NCBI RefSeq assembly: GCF_004010195.1
Contig: NC_057723.1
Location: 22,479,933 to 22,543,932 of the forward strand
DNA length: 64,000 bases
Source of the DNA: Chiloscyllium plagiosum
Taxonomy: Eukaryota
Reading direction: 5' to 3'
Part shown: in pieces, positions 52,789 to 64,000 of the stretch
How positions within the stretch are numbered: the stretch's first letter is position 1
Layout of the letters: each line of letters begins with the position of its first letter
Made by a program: the position numbers and the translations under genes
The notes under the pieces: generated by a model
Told to the model about the DNA's origin: nothing
Databases searched by the model: none
The model's input: the letters and a program-made list of their open reading frames with translations, nothing else

Positions 52789-53525
52789 AAGACCATAAGA
52801 CATAGGAGCGGAAGTAAGGCCATTCGGCCCATCGAGTCCACTACACCATTCAATCATGGCTGATGGGCATTTCAACTCCACTTACCCGCATTCTTCCCAT
52901 AGCCCTTAATNNNNNNNNNNNNNNNNNNNNNNNNNNNNNNNNNNNNNNNNNNNNNNNNNNNNNNNNNNNNNNNNNNNNNNNNNNNNNNNNNNNNNNNNNN
53001 NNNNNNNNNNNNNNNNNNNNNNNNNNNNNNNNNNNNNNNNNNNNNNNNNNNNNNNNNNNNNNNNNNNNNNNNNNNNNNNNNNNNNNNNNNNNNNNNNNNN
53101 NNNNNNNNNNNNNNNNNNNNNGGCCTAATCAGAGCTTTATAAAGTCTCAGTAGCACAACTGTGCTTTTATATTCCAACCCTCTTGAGATAATTGACAACA
53201 TTGCATTCGCTTTCTTAATCACGGACTCAACTTGCATGTTTACCTTTAGAGAATCCTCAACTAGCACTTCCAGATCCCTCTGTACTTTGGCTTTACGAAT
53301 TTTCTCACCGTTTAGAAAGTAGTCCATGCTTGTATTCTTTTTTCCAAAGTGCAAGACCTTTACTCACATTGAATTCCATCAGCCATTTCCTGGACCACTC
53401 TTCCAAACTGTCTAGATCCTTCTGCAGCCTCCCCACTTCCTCAGTCCTACCTGCCTGTCCACCTAACTTTGTATCATCAGCAAACATCGCTAGAATGCCC
53501 CCAGTCTCTTCGTCCAGATCATTAA
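52789..53525 (-). mobile_element. Young CR1 3' fragment spanning an assembly gap, nested in an older CR1
   Basis: FADDTKLGG...LQKDLD, HFGKKN...LRLYKALIR and IKGYGKNAGKWS, with an atgtcttatggtctt tail. Confidence 0.88.
52911..53121. other. Assembly gap (211 N)
   Basis: Run of n characters. Confidence 0.99.
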
Positions 53526-53974
53526 GCTTGTCTTTGCATCAACGGCAAATTTGGATATATAGCTATTTAATCAGTTTTCTGAATTGTTTTAAACGATATG
53601 GTGAAGAATTGAGACTCCACAAAGAACCTTGCAGGACATTGACAGCATCATGTGTGCTATGGAATATTAATCTATATTTTACTTGTCTTGTGTAATGTTT
53701 TGTTTATAAAAAGACAGAGGAAAAATATTGAGCTGCAAAGACACTGTTTTTAAAAGGTCACAGAAAACAACTAATCCACAAATTGCATAAGTTTCTTGAA
53801 GTGTCTGAAATCTAATTACCAAGGCACTTGTCTGGACAGGTTTTCAGCAGAACTTTACACCTACTACTGTTTAAACTTGCTTAAAACTCTAGAAACTAGA
53901 CACTTCAGCTGCAGAAATTATTGAGAACAAAGGACATCTGCCGACATTCAGGGTGCAAAGAAGGTTCTGTGGAC

Positions 53975-54232
53975 TGAGATGTGGTACTAAGATAAAGAGG
54001 AATTTCTTTCAGCAGAGGGTGGTAAATCTGTGGAACCCATTGCTAAAGGAGGCTGTGGAGGACAGGTCATTGAGTGTTTTTAAAGCAGAGCTAGATAGGG
54101 TTTTGATTGGTAAGGGGATCAAGAATTATGGGGAGAAGGCAGGAGAATGGGCTTGAGGAATATACCAACCATGATTGAATGGAGGAACAGACTTGATGGG
54201 CTGAATGGCCAAATTCTGCTTCTATTTCTTAT
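53975..54232 (+). mobile_element. CR1 3' fragment
   Basis: RNFFQQRVVNLWNPL...FKAELDRVLIGKGIKNYGEKAGEW. Confidence 0.82.
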
Positions 54233-56109
54233 GGTGGAGCCCTTTCTATTTTGATGGTATCCTTATAGTTTATACAATGGAGATTGAAGCTGCGTCACCA
54301 CTGTGGGTTGTCTATGTTGTGTTCCAATACTCAGTCACATGATCAAAATACCACCTGGGAAAGACCAAAACTGTCACCTTGTCTGTCCCTAACATCAACA
54401 GGAGTCTGCAGAATGGAACAGAGATGTCAGCTTTCCCTGAAGAATATAATATTACCTTTCTTATCACTCTGCAGTTCTCAATTTCGAACCCAATCTCTGT
54501 TACATTTTGGAATACAGAAGAGATAGTGAATTTTAATCTAAAAAAAATTAAAATTCTGTAGCACCCAGCTTGCAAAAGGACAGATTATGGATTAAAAGAA
54601 ACTTTCTCCAGAAAATCAACACATTTCCACCTCCTCTAGCCAATAACTTTATTTTTGCATGCTGGCCTGTGGTGTGTGGTATCTATTTTGAATTCCAAAG
54701 ACCCATCTACCCTGATCTTTCAATTCTCCTGCCTAACAAGAATTTATCTACCTGCCTTAAAAATATTAAATGACTCTGCCTCTACTGACTTCTGAGGCAT
54801 GGACTTCCAAAGTCATGCCACCCTCTGGGCACAAACACATTGCCTCATCTCTGCCCGAAAAGGGCAAATCCTCCATTACTTTTATGGTTTGCATTAATTT
54901 TGGTGGGTCCACATTTGGGTTCAATGTTAGTTTTATGTCTCCAAAATAATTATTCTACATGTCCATTCAGTCGTATTATGAATGAAAATAAGGAAGTTAC
55001 TTCTTTTCAAAAGGCCTATGTTGCTGCTAACCAACTTTTCTTCCCTTAATATGATTGTACAAAATTACTTTGTTGATTTTGATTTGCCTTAAAGTTTTTT
55101 TTTCATTTCACTCTTTACCAAACAATTACTGTCTGTTCTGTCAGTGTTTTGTTGCTCTATGAATTTCTCCCAGTTCCCAGGATATGTGCCAAGTTTTGTT
55201 TTTTGGATTTTTTTTCTTTTTTTTAAAGTCATCTACCCTAACTTAAAAGTAAATGTAGTTATTGGGTTGAGTTTTATCTGGGTTAATTGCTCCTTCTTAG
55301 TTTTGGTAGTCTTTCAAATCTGCTATTTGACAAATATTTGAGTATTATATTCATTAATCTGTGATGTATATATTCAAAGTACAGCAATAGATATAAAACT
55401 CTTAAATATAACATGACACTTTGCTCCTTATTCTTCAAGCTACCATAAATTTTTAAATGACAATAAAGCCAGTTGCTCTTTTATCCACTGTGAATTTTGT
55501 CTTCTAGAACATGCAGGAAAATTGCTTGGTGTGATGTGACCTTGCTTTCCTTGCCTGTGCTTTCTCCCTCTTAAGCAAGTACTGTATTGGCTGCTGACCA
55601 TGTGAGGATATGTAGGATTAAGCTGTTACTTTACAATTCTATGATTAAATGTACCTTGATGTACCGTTATTGCTATGAACCACTAGGCCATCTAATCTAC
55701 TACAGTATCAGTAAATTGTGGGTTATGCTCTCCTTTTTAAAGGGAAATATAACATGAAAGGTCAATATAATTGAGCAGTAGAATACTATTAGCAGCAATG
55801 ATGGAGGTATGGAGGGTTTCAGATGGTATTGTGCTCCCCACCAATGTGGTGTTATTGATAAAAATGGCTTTGGAGGGCTGCCTCTGTGTTCGTCTTGGGA
55901 TCATCTGTCCACCTGCCTCGGCTTTGCAACAATGCAGTCTCCAGCTTAGCATTTGAAGTATATAGTGTGGCATTCCCAACTCAATCCCCTTGCCACCATA
56001 TCAGCCAAGTCTTGAATTTAATCCTTTCAGTCAGCTAACTGTAACATCACACTGATAGTCTACAGAATGGACTTGTTCATCTACAATGTGTAATGAGACA
56101 CAAACGGGT

Positions 56110-57950
56110 TATAGAGTCATAGAGTTGTACAACACAGAAATAGACTCTCCAGTCTAACTTGAGAATGGTGACCAGATCCTAAATTAGTGTAGTCCCATTT
56201 GCCAGCATGTGGCCCATATCTGTCTAAACCCTTCCTGTTCATATACCCATCCAGATGACTTTTTAACATTGTAATTGTACCAGTCTCCACCACTTCCTCT
56301 GGCAGCTCATTCCATACACACACCACCCACTGTGTGGAAAAAGTTGCCCCTTAGGGATCTTTTAAATCTTTTCCCTCTCACACAAACCTATGCCTCCTAG
56401 TTTTGGACTCTTTCCCCCCCAAACCAGAGAAAAGACCTTGGCTATTCACCCTATCCATGCCCCTCATGATTTTATAAACCTCTATCAGGTCACTCTTCAA
56501 CCTCCAACGCTCCATGGAAACAGCCCCAAACCATTCAGTCTCTTCCTGTAGCTCAAATCCTCCAACCCTGGCAACATCCTTGTAAATCTTTTCTGAACCT
56601 TTTCAAGTTTGACAACATCCTTTCTGTAGCAAGACAATCAGAATTGCATGCAGTATTCCAAAAGTAGCCTAATCAATGCCCTGTGCAGCCTCAACATGTC
56701 CTCGCACACTTCCTATACTCAATGCACTGACCAATAAAGGCAAGGATACCAAATGCCACCTTCATTATCCTGCTTCCCTGTGACTCCGCTTTCAAAGAAC
56801 TGCAAACCTACACTCCAAGCACTCTTTGTTCAGCAACAGTCCCCAGAACATTGCTATTAAGTGTGTAAGTCCTGCCCTGATTTGCCTTTCCAAAATGCAG
56901 CACCTTACATTTGTCTAAATTAAACTCCATCTGCTAGTCAAAGAGTATGGTGCTGAAAAGCACAGCCAGTCAGGCAGCATCGAGGAGCAGTAGAATCAAC
57001 AATTCAAGCATAAGTTCTTCGTTAGGAGCTTATGCTCGAAATGTCGATTCTCCTGCTCCTCGGATGCTGCCAAACCGGCTGTGCTTTTTCAGCACCTGCA
57101 GTCCTCACTTTCTCCATCTTCTAGTCCTCAGCCTGTTGGCCTATAATTCTATCAGTTTTAAAATAGTCATAGAAAAGGAAAGACTAGATCTAAAATTCAA
57201 GTTCTAAATTGCAAAAAGGCCAATTTTTACATTAGTAGGTAAGAACTTCCAAAAGTTGATTGGGGGCAGATGTTCGCAGGTAAAGGGATGGCTGGAAAAT
57301 GGGAAGCCTTCAGAAATGAGATAACGAGAGTCTAGAGACAATGTGTTCCTGTAAGGTTGAAGGGCACGGCAGGTAGATGTAAGGAATGCTGGATGACTAG
57401 ACAGACTAGGTTTTGGTCAAGAATAAGAAGGAAGCATAGGTCAGGTATAGATAGCAGAGATCGAGAGAATCCCGAGAAGAATATAAAGGCAGTAGGAGTA
57501 TACTTAACAGAGAAATCAGGAGGGCATAAAGGGGACATGAGGTAGCTTTGACAATTAGGGTTAAGGAAAATCCAAAAGGATTCTACAAATACATCAAGGA
57601 CGAAAGGGTAGCTAGTGAGAGGGTAGGGCCCCTTAAAGATCAGCAAGGCTGCCTATGTCTGGAACTGCAGGAGATGGGGAGATACTATTTTGCATCAGTA
57701 TTTACTGTGGAGGAGGTTATGAAAGATAGAGAATGTGGGGAAATAAATAGCAACATCTTGAAAAATGTCCATATTACAGAGGAGGAGGGACTGGATTTCT
57801 TAAAATGCATGAAGGTGATAGATCCCTGGGACCTGATCAGGTATACCCAAGAGCTCTGTGGGAAGCTAGGGAACTCATTACTGGGCCCCTTGCTGAGATA
57901 TTTGTATCATTGATTGCCACAGATGAAGTGCTGGTAGACTGGAAGTTGGT
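56110..57950. mobile_element. CR1 with inverted halves: 3' part on minus (56110-~57135), upstream ORF2 part on plus (~57140-57950)
   Basis: Minus: VWNELPEEVVETGT. Plus: RVKENPKGFYKYIK...YFASVFTVE. Confidence 0.82.
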
Positions 57951-60692
57951 TTAAAATTTTGCACTTCTTTAAAGAGAAAATTAACCTTATTTCTAAAAAG
58001 GGCTATGCATCCAATATTGACAGCTCCTTGTTCAGCATATTTCGTTTTAAGAAAAGTAAATTAGGTCAATGTTTTAGTGCATCTTTACTAAGCTTTAATT
58101 TTTTTTTAATGTCCTGGGTTCAAACTCGACTCAAGTGCTGAGTTACCTTTTGTTTAATTCATTAATGGGTTGATGGCATTACTGGCTATGCCAGCATCTA
58201 TTGCCCATCCCTAATTATCTAGAGGGCAGTGAAAAGTCAACCACTTTGCTGTGAGTATGGAGTCACATGTAGGCGAGACCAGGTAAGGATCATTGTTTCC
58301 TTCCCGAAAGGGCATTGAACCAGATGGGTTTTTCTCTACAATCAACAATGGATTTGTGGTCCTCATTAGATTCTTAATCCCAGATTTTCCCTTCATTGAA
58401 TTTGAATTCCAACATCTGCTGTGGTGTGATTTCAACCTGGGATCTCAGAACATTATCTGGGTCTCTGGATTAACAGTAGGTTATCGCCTTCCCTCATCTG
58501 CTTCTGACTGGGATGCTACAGGCTTCCAAAGATGAAGGAAGGACACTGATTACACTCCACAGATGCTGCCAAACCTGCTGAACTTTTCCAGCAATTTCGG
58601 TTTTGGAATCTGTACTACTAGTTGAAGTACTTTGGATTATAGTGTAAATTCCAGGCATATTTGGGAGTCAAACAATAAGACGAATTGCAAATTCAAAGTT
58701 CAATGTATTCCACAATGAGATAATTAAAGTTTAATAACTAATATATGTTTACGCAAGATACAAACGTTGATAAGCGTTCAATTGCAATATTCTGAGTTAA
58801 TTCAGTGCGCGGAGGCTTGTGTCAAACTTCAAAAAAACCGACAAAGGATTTGATTTCCCTCTTTTTTTTCTCTTCCGATCATCTGACCGGCAACAAAATC
58901 ATATGACAGTGTTCTCTTTGCGCTGGGATAAAGAAAAGGAAACACAGAAAACGGGATTCCTGTTTAATGAAAAAAAAAGGTAAGATGCTGGCGTTTGCTG
59001 GTGATGTTATTATAAAATGCAATCTATGTAAATGTGAGTCTAGGCTAGGAGGTAGTGTCTGGCTGAATAACAGTTACTGGAAATCGTAAGGGAATAGCGG
59101 GTGCCTGGTCCTTTAATCTGTTACAGTGTCTCCTGTAATGCAGAAAATTGTTACAACCCCCTTAAGACCCACGATTAGACCAGCCTTCATTGCTAGATTG
59201 ATTTGTCTTGCGTTAGTTCGGCTCGTTGTGGCAACAAGCTTATTTATCATACAGCAGCGTTCATTTTTTTGGAAAAAGTAATAAATTATGTACAGTTTGT
59301 ATTGTAAAATGGGATTTCTCTGTGGCGACTGCTTTAATATTTCCTTGCGCCTGTCATTTAAATAGTTAGAAATGCAATTTTGTGTTACTACCCGGCAGTA
59401 ATTTGATTTTAACAATAAGTTGAAAATGTTATAAGGGGTGAGGTGTAAAAAGGGTTAACTTTTCCGTTCCCCACTTTATTTCCTTTGCCTTCAGGATAGT
59501 TGACCATGTTTTGAACTCCGACAAATTGTGCAACTTCTACTTTTCCAAATGAGGCATTTCTTGCATTCTACACGCAAAACAGAATTGTCATCTCAGGCTT
59601 GCTTTAATTGGACACCGAAACTGTCGTCTCTGCAAAATAGCCTACTTGTTATTGCTGCGGGCAACTTGTTGAGTGACTTCAGCCAAACTGGCTTTTTATG
59701 TTAGTGATGTTCAAACTACCTCCTGCATTCACACCCTTGACTAAAACCGCAATGTGATGAGGCTACTCTAGTGGAGTTACAAAGCCTGGGCAAATGTGCA
59801 GGAGCAGCTCATTTCATCCAGAGCATCAAGAGCTGGTGTTTGTAGCCTGCATCTTACATTGTATCTTTACTGCACGAAAGGCGGGAAGCAAAAGGGGGGG
59901 GGGGGGGGGTAGCTGTGTAGCCACCTGCTAAGATTCCCCATTTCAGGGATTAGCTGGAACTGGGGAAATGTTCCCAAGCACAAGTAAGACTATTTTTAGA
60001 GGGTGTGGCCTTGTGAATGCACAGGTACAGATGATCCTATCGCAGAGACAAAAAAAAAGGAAAATACACCATCTGATCCGCAGAGAAGAACTTTAATGAG
60101 GCAATTTCCTTTCATTTTGTTTTTGTTGTTTACTGCTCCTCTGGATTTACCTCACACCCATTACACATGCCTCTGGCATGGCGAATCCTGTTCTCTAGAA
60201 TGCCATTTCAAATGTATTATTATCGATAACTTTTTGCTTACTTCCATAGCGGGAACAGCTTTGTTTATTTATCGGCGGTTTTTTTTTTACTTGTTTAACA
60301 GCAGCTCTAAACAATTTTTAATCACTTTTTTTCAACCCAAAATTAATGTTCTTTTCCTATCAGCATTTAAACTACTTGTGTCTTTGTGTTTAACTTTTAC
60401 TTCCAGTGCTCTCACAGGAAAGAACCATACAATGGAGAATAACTTTTAGTTTATGATGTCCATTTTTTAAAGGGGATATTTTCTGTAACATATTCGTGAC
60501 AAATGATATTTCTGTTATTTATATATTTCAAAGGAAGTTTGCACTAGTCAATAAGTCAATGGGACATTTGGACCTGCTGTAGGACCTGGCCTTGCCCTGT
60601 GACCTCATTGAGGCTGTATTGCATTTTTAATGATTTAGTACAAAGTGCTGTGTTTTTCTTGTACAGTTTCCTTGAGTATATAAGAAACAACC

Positions 60693-60816
60693 ATGAAGTT
60701 GATTATATTGGAAGATCGCATGCAAGTCAGTGAATGGGCTGCAAAATACATCAGGAATCGGATTGTTAAGTTCAACCCTGGTCCTGACAGATACTTCACC
60801 CTGGGTTTACCAACTG
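60693..60816 (+). CDS. GNPDA1: Glucosamine-6-phosphate deaminase 1, first coding exon
   Basis: Acceptor ttcttgtacag ends at 60666 and ATG is at 60693. Encodes MKLIILEDRMQVSEWAAKYIRNRIVKFNPGPDRYFTLGLPT(G). 124 nt, GTATGT donor. MKLIILE, YIRNRI and FNPGP are GNPDA1-type rather than GNPDA2-type. Missed by the ORF track. Confidence 0.92.
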
Positions 60817-61044
60817 GTATGTAACAACAACAATAGTAAAAGATGTTTGATATGAACTGAGTTTGTACTGTTGGTTTTTTAGTCTGGTTGAATATTTCGG
60901 GGTAGAATTTACCATCCAAGTAGAAGTTCAGTAATACGCATTAACCTATTTGCAGGTCAGAAATGTCTTTTATTTGCAGTACTGCCAGTTTAGTATTGCA
61001 TTATGGGTGGTTTTATGTGGTAAATGTTTCTTAAAACAGAAATG

Positions 61045-61315
61045 ACCTGGTAGCTGAGTGGTCAGCTCCTTTGCCTCTTAGCACCAGGGACCAGTGTTCG
61101 ATTCCACCCTTGGGGGACTGTTTATGTGGAATTTGCACATTTTCCCCATGTCTGCCCGGGTTTCATCTGGGTGCTCTAGTTTCCTCTCATGGTCAAAAGA
61201 TGTGCAGATTAGGTGGATTGGCCATGGGAAACATGGGGTTACAGGGATGCTCTTTGGTGGGTCAATGTGGACTTAATGGGTTGAATGGCTTGCTTCCACA
61301 CTGTACTGATTGTAT
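61045..61315 (+). mobile_element. Degraded HE1-type SINE in a GNPDA1 intron
   Basis: Has the B box gttcgattcc, the core tttgcacattttccccatgtctg and the tail ccacactgta. Confidence 0.72.
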
Positions 61316-62550
61316 GAAACACAAATTGTACAGGTCTCATCAATCTTGTTTGGCTTTGGTTGATTTCGGACTTCAAATATCTGCATATTCTGATGCTCTG
61401 TAACAGCCAGTCACTACAGAAAATTCAGACACGTGCAGTAATATTCTCTCCCTCTATGAAAATAAAATCACAAATAGTATTTCGGCTGAAGATGATAAAT
61501 GGTCCACTGCATGGTCATCTTAATGAATGTAATAGCCCTGCTACTTGATTATTGCATTTTTCAGTTTTTTCTACTCTTCCCTATCACTCCAGCAACTGAA
61601 ACTGCTGTATCTCCTGTAAATGGTTGGTGGGATTCTAACACAAGTGTAGGTGACTTGTTTACACAAAGCTGGGAGTAGGATACTGCCAGTCAGGGCCAAA
61701 CACCTATTCAGACAACACATTTATTTGGACTGGTGATTCATTTTTTCAGATATTGACGTGGAGCAACTGAGTAATGTCGGTAGTCATTTATGTAAGAGAG
61801 TTAGTGCTGCAGATTAAGATGATTAAAAACTAAGACTGAGGTTGGGAACACATTTGCCACCAATTAATGGTCCCTATAGCTCATGTTCCTGAAGGTAATT
61901 TTCACATTTTTTTCTGAAAACCAGAACAGTCTTGTGCACAACATAATACAACTCTCAGCTTCCTCATTGGGCCCAAAAACATTTCTTTGAGACCGAACCA
62001 TGGAGCAATTAGCACTGGTCGTTACGTTGTCACTTCACCTCCGTGGCTTTTCCAATAGCCTGCACTGATTGGCGAGGTAGCAGCAGCCACTGCAACATGG
62101 GGAACCCCTTGTCTGGGAGGCGTCAGAGGCACTGAAGTTACCTCCTGTCTAACTAGATAATTTACATCTAAAAATTGCACTTCAAGAGCAATGCAGCTTG
62201 GGTGTGGGTTTGGGACATCAAATGTATTCCGTTGTTGGGTTCCTGACTCCATGTTGAATTTCCAGCTCACCTGTCACTTACCTTTAACTAAACTCCCAAG
62301 TCGGTGAACTGGTGTTCTGTAAATAAACTTAATGATAAAAGATGATTGTATATGTAGTCAAAAGTACAGTTTGCATCAATATTCATTGCTATCACAGAGA
62401 TATTCTTTCAAAACCAAACTGATTAAATGGCTGATCTGTGTTAGTAATCTAAGGGTTGGAGAGACTGTAAACATGGGTCATTGAATTTAGTCAGTTTAAC
62501 TGCTTGCAGAATTCTTGTGCAGTAATTTTTTGAAAAATATCTTTCTGCAG

Positions 62551-62652
62551 GAGAAACGCCTTTGGGAAGCTATAAAAAACTAATAGAATATTATAAGAAT
62601 GGGGATCTGTCATTCAGATATGTGAAGACATTTAACATGGATGAATATGTGG
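62551..62652 (+). CDS. GNPDA1: GNPDA1 second coding exon (gene continues beyond the window)
   Basis: tttctgcag acceptor. Encodes (G)[33 protein letters not shown](G), including the catalytic NMDEY motif. 102 nt, GTGAGT donor. Confidence 0.93.
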
Positions 62653-63269
62653 GTGAGTGTGGTGTAGTACAACTTTTATATGTTCAAAAAAAATCCTGAC
62701 CCAGTGACTTGAGTCATGAATCTAAAAGTTATTCCCTGTTATTTTCTGTAATGCGGTGGACCACATGCTGTTTTTGAGCCAGAGACTCTGGGTTCAAGTT
62801 TCACTCCAAAATTTGATGGCCAAGAGAGATATACTCATAATGTTGCCAATCATCTTGTAAATCTTTCCAACATACACCAATGCCAAAGAACAATAGCAGG
62901 AGAGATTCTGTTCCGCCTTGTGATGCAAAAGGAATTGGATCCATCACATACATAGTCTCAGGCTTAAACATGAATGTAAAAGTGCATATTGCCACAGCAG
63001 TTCTGACTCCTTAGTTGTCTGCTGCTCAGTTGTTGGGTGAGGCATGTGGATCAGATTAGGGTTCAATTCCCATTTTGGCTGCGATGGAGTTTTCATCAGT
63101 GGTGACTTGCCATACCTTCAGAGAAGTTCATGGTAATGTTTGGTGCATCTATCTCTGGGTAGAGATCTCAAGAAAGAGTTTCTGTCATATGTTGGTAAGG
63201 CACTGGGGCTGGATGAGCTACTTTAAAGGAAATGAGATGGAAATTGGAGAGTACTGGCCATAATTTTCC

Positions 63270-63720
63270 AGCCTTTGTGGACATGGGTGGTACCATAGGA
63301 CTGGAGAATTTCAAATTTTTGATCAAATAAAGAATGTAAATAGAAGCCCAGCAACTACAGATCTGTCAATTTTAATTTAACTGTGGGGAAGCTCAAGGAA
63401 ATAATAACTCAGGTCAAAATTAATAGTTTCTGAGGAAAATATGGGTTAATTAAAGCAAGCCAACATGGATTTGTTGAGAGAAAATTGTGTTTAACTAACT
63501 TGTTGAGTTGTTTTTTGAAGTATTAACAGAGTAGGATGGTGAGGGTAATGCTGTTGATGTAGTGTATTCAATTACTAAGAGACCTTTGATACATTTTACA
63601 CAACACACACCTGACCAAAATATAGCTCATGGAATAAAAGAGACAGTAGTAAGGTTGATGTAAAATTAGCTGTGTGACAGGAGCCAGTTGTGTTTTGTTT
63701 TTTGGCTATGTTTTGTACCG
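63270..63720 (+). mobile_element. Degraded CR1 RT fragment
   Basis: ccataggactggagaatt, cccagcaactacag, caacatggatttg and gatgtagtgtat motifs (PEDWR, NYRP, QHGF and DVVY equivalents). Confidence 0.7.
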
Positions 63721-64000
63721 GAGGCAGGTTTATTTTTGTGTTCTCCATGGCTCAGAGTTGGAACCCTTACTGTTTCTACTGTGCAGTCGGTTCTGATATG
63801 ACGTGATAGTTCCGTTCCCACGTGACCCCACGTTATAAGAAAATAGTGTAATAGCAGCACCATTTAAATTAATAGGGCCGAAATTGTGTTACACCCAATA
63901 CAGGTAAGCAAAGTTCATGTTCTACAAAAATGGTCTAAATTCTTCAATCACATTACAGCCAATTTGTGTTGAAGAAATGCATGTTAATCATTGACCTAGA

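Noticed and set aside
60003-60449. 148-aa ORF upstream of GNPDA1
   Set aside because: It starts at GTG, is low-complexity and Phe/Leu-rich from T-rich intron-like DNA, and has no recognisable domain.

Overview
Eukaryotic vertebrate genomic DNA, most likely from a shark (inferred from HE1-type SINEs, CR1/HER1-type LINEs and Penelope-type repeats). The window has three host genes. HSPA4 coding exon 1 is on the minus strand, head-to-head with a complete 7-coding-exon RNF14 (475 aa RWD-RBR E3 ligase, + strand) across a CpG-rich promoter. The first two coding exons of GNPDA1 (+) lie near the right end. Introns and intergenic DNA are dense in degraded retroelements. The most striking object is a ~3.4 kb defective endogenous retrovirus-like element (29819-~33217, minus strand) inside an RNF14 intron. 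It has two LTRs, a PBS, a splice donor, a gag remnant, a splice acceptor, an env-TM remnant and a PPT, and it carries an intronless copy of host RBPMS2 mRNA where env would be. Other notable items are a tRNA-Ile/HE1-SINE chimera apparently inserted as one unit, short Penelope-derived hairpin insertions with minimal hammerhead-ribozyme motifs and 12-15 bp TSDs, an intronic heat-shock element in HSPA4, and Glu at position 43 in the GNPDA1 phosphate-binding loop. Everything was read by eye. Exon coordinates were counted by hand, repeat boundaries are approximate, and homolog comparisons are from memory.
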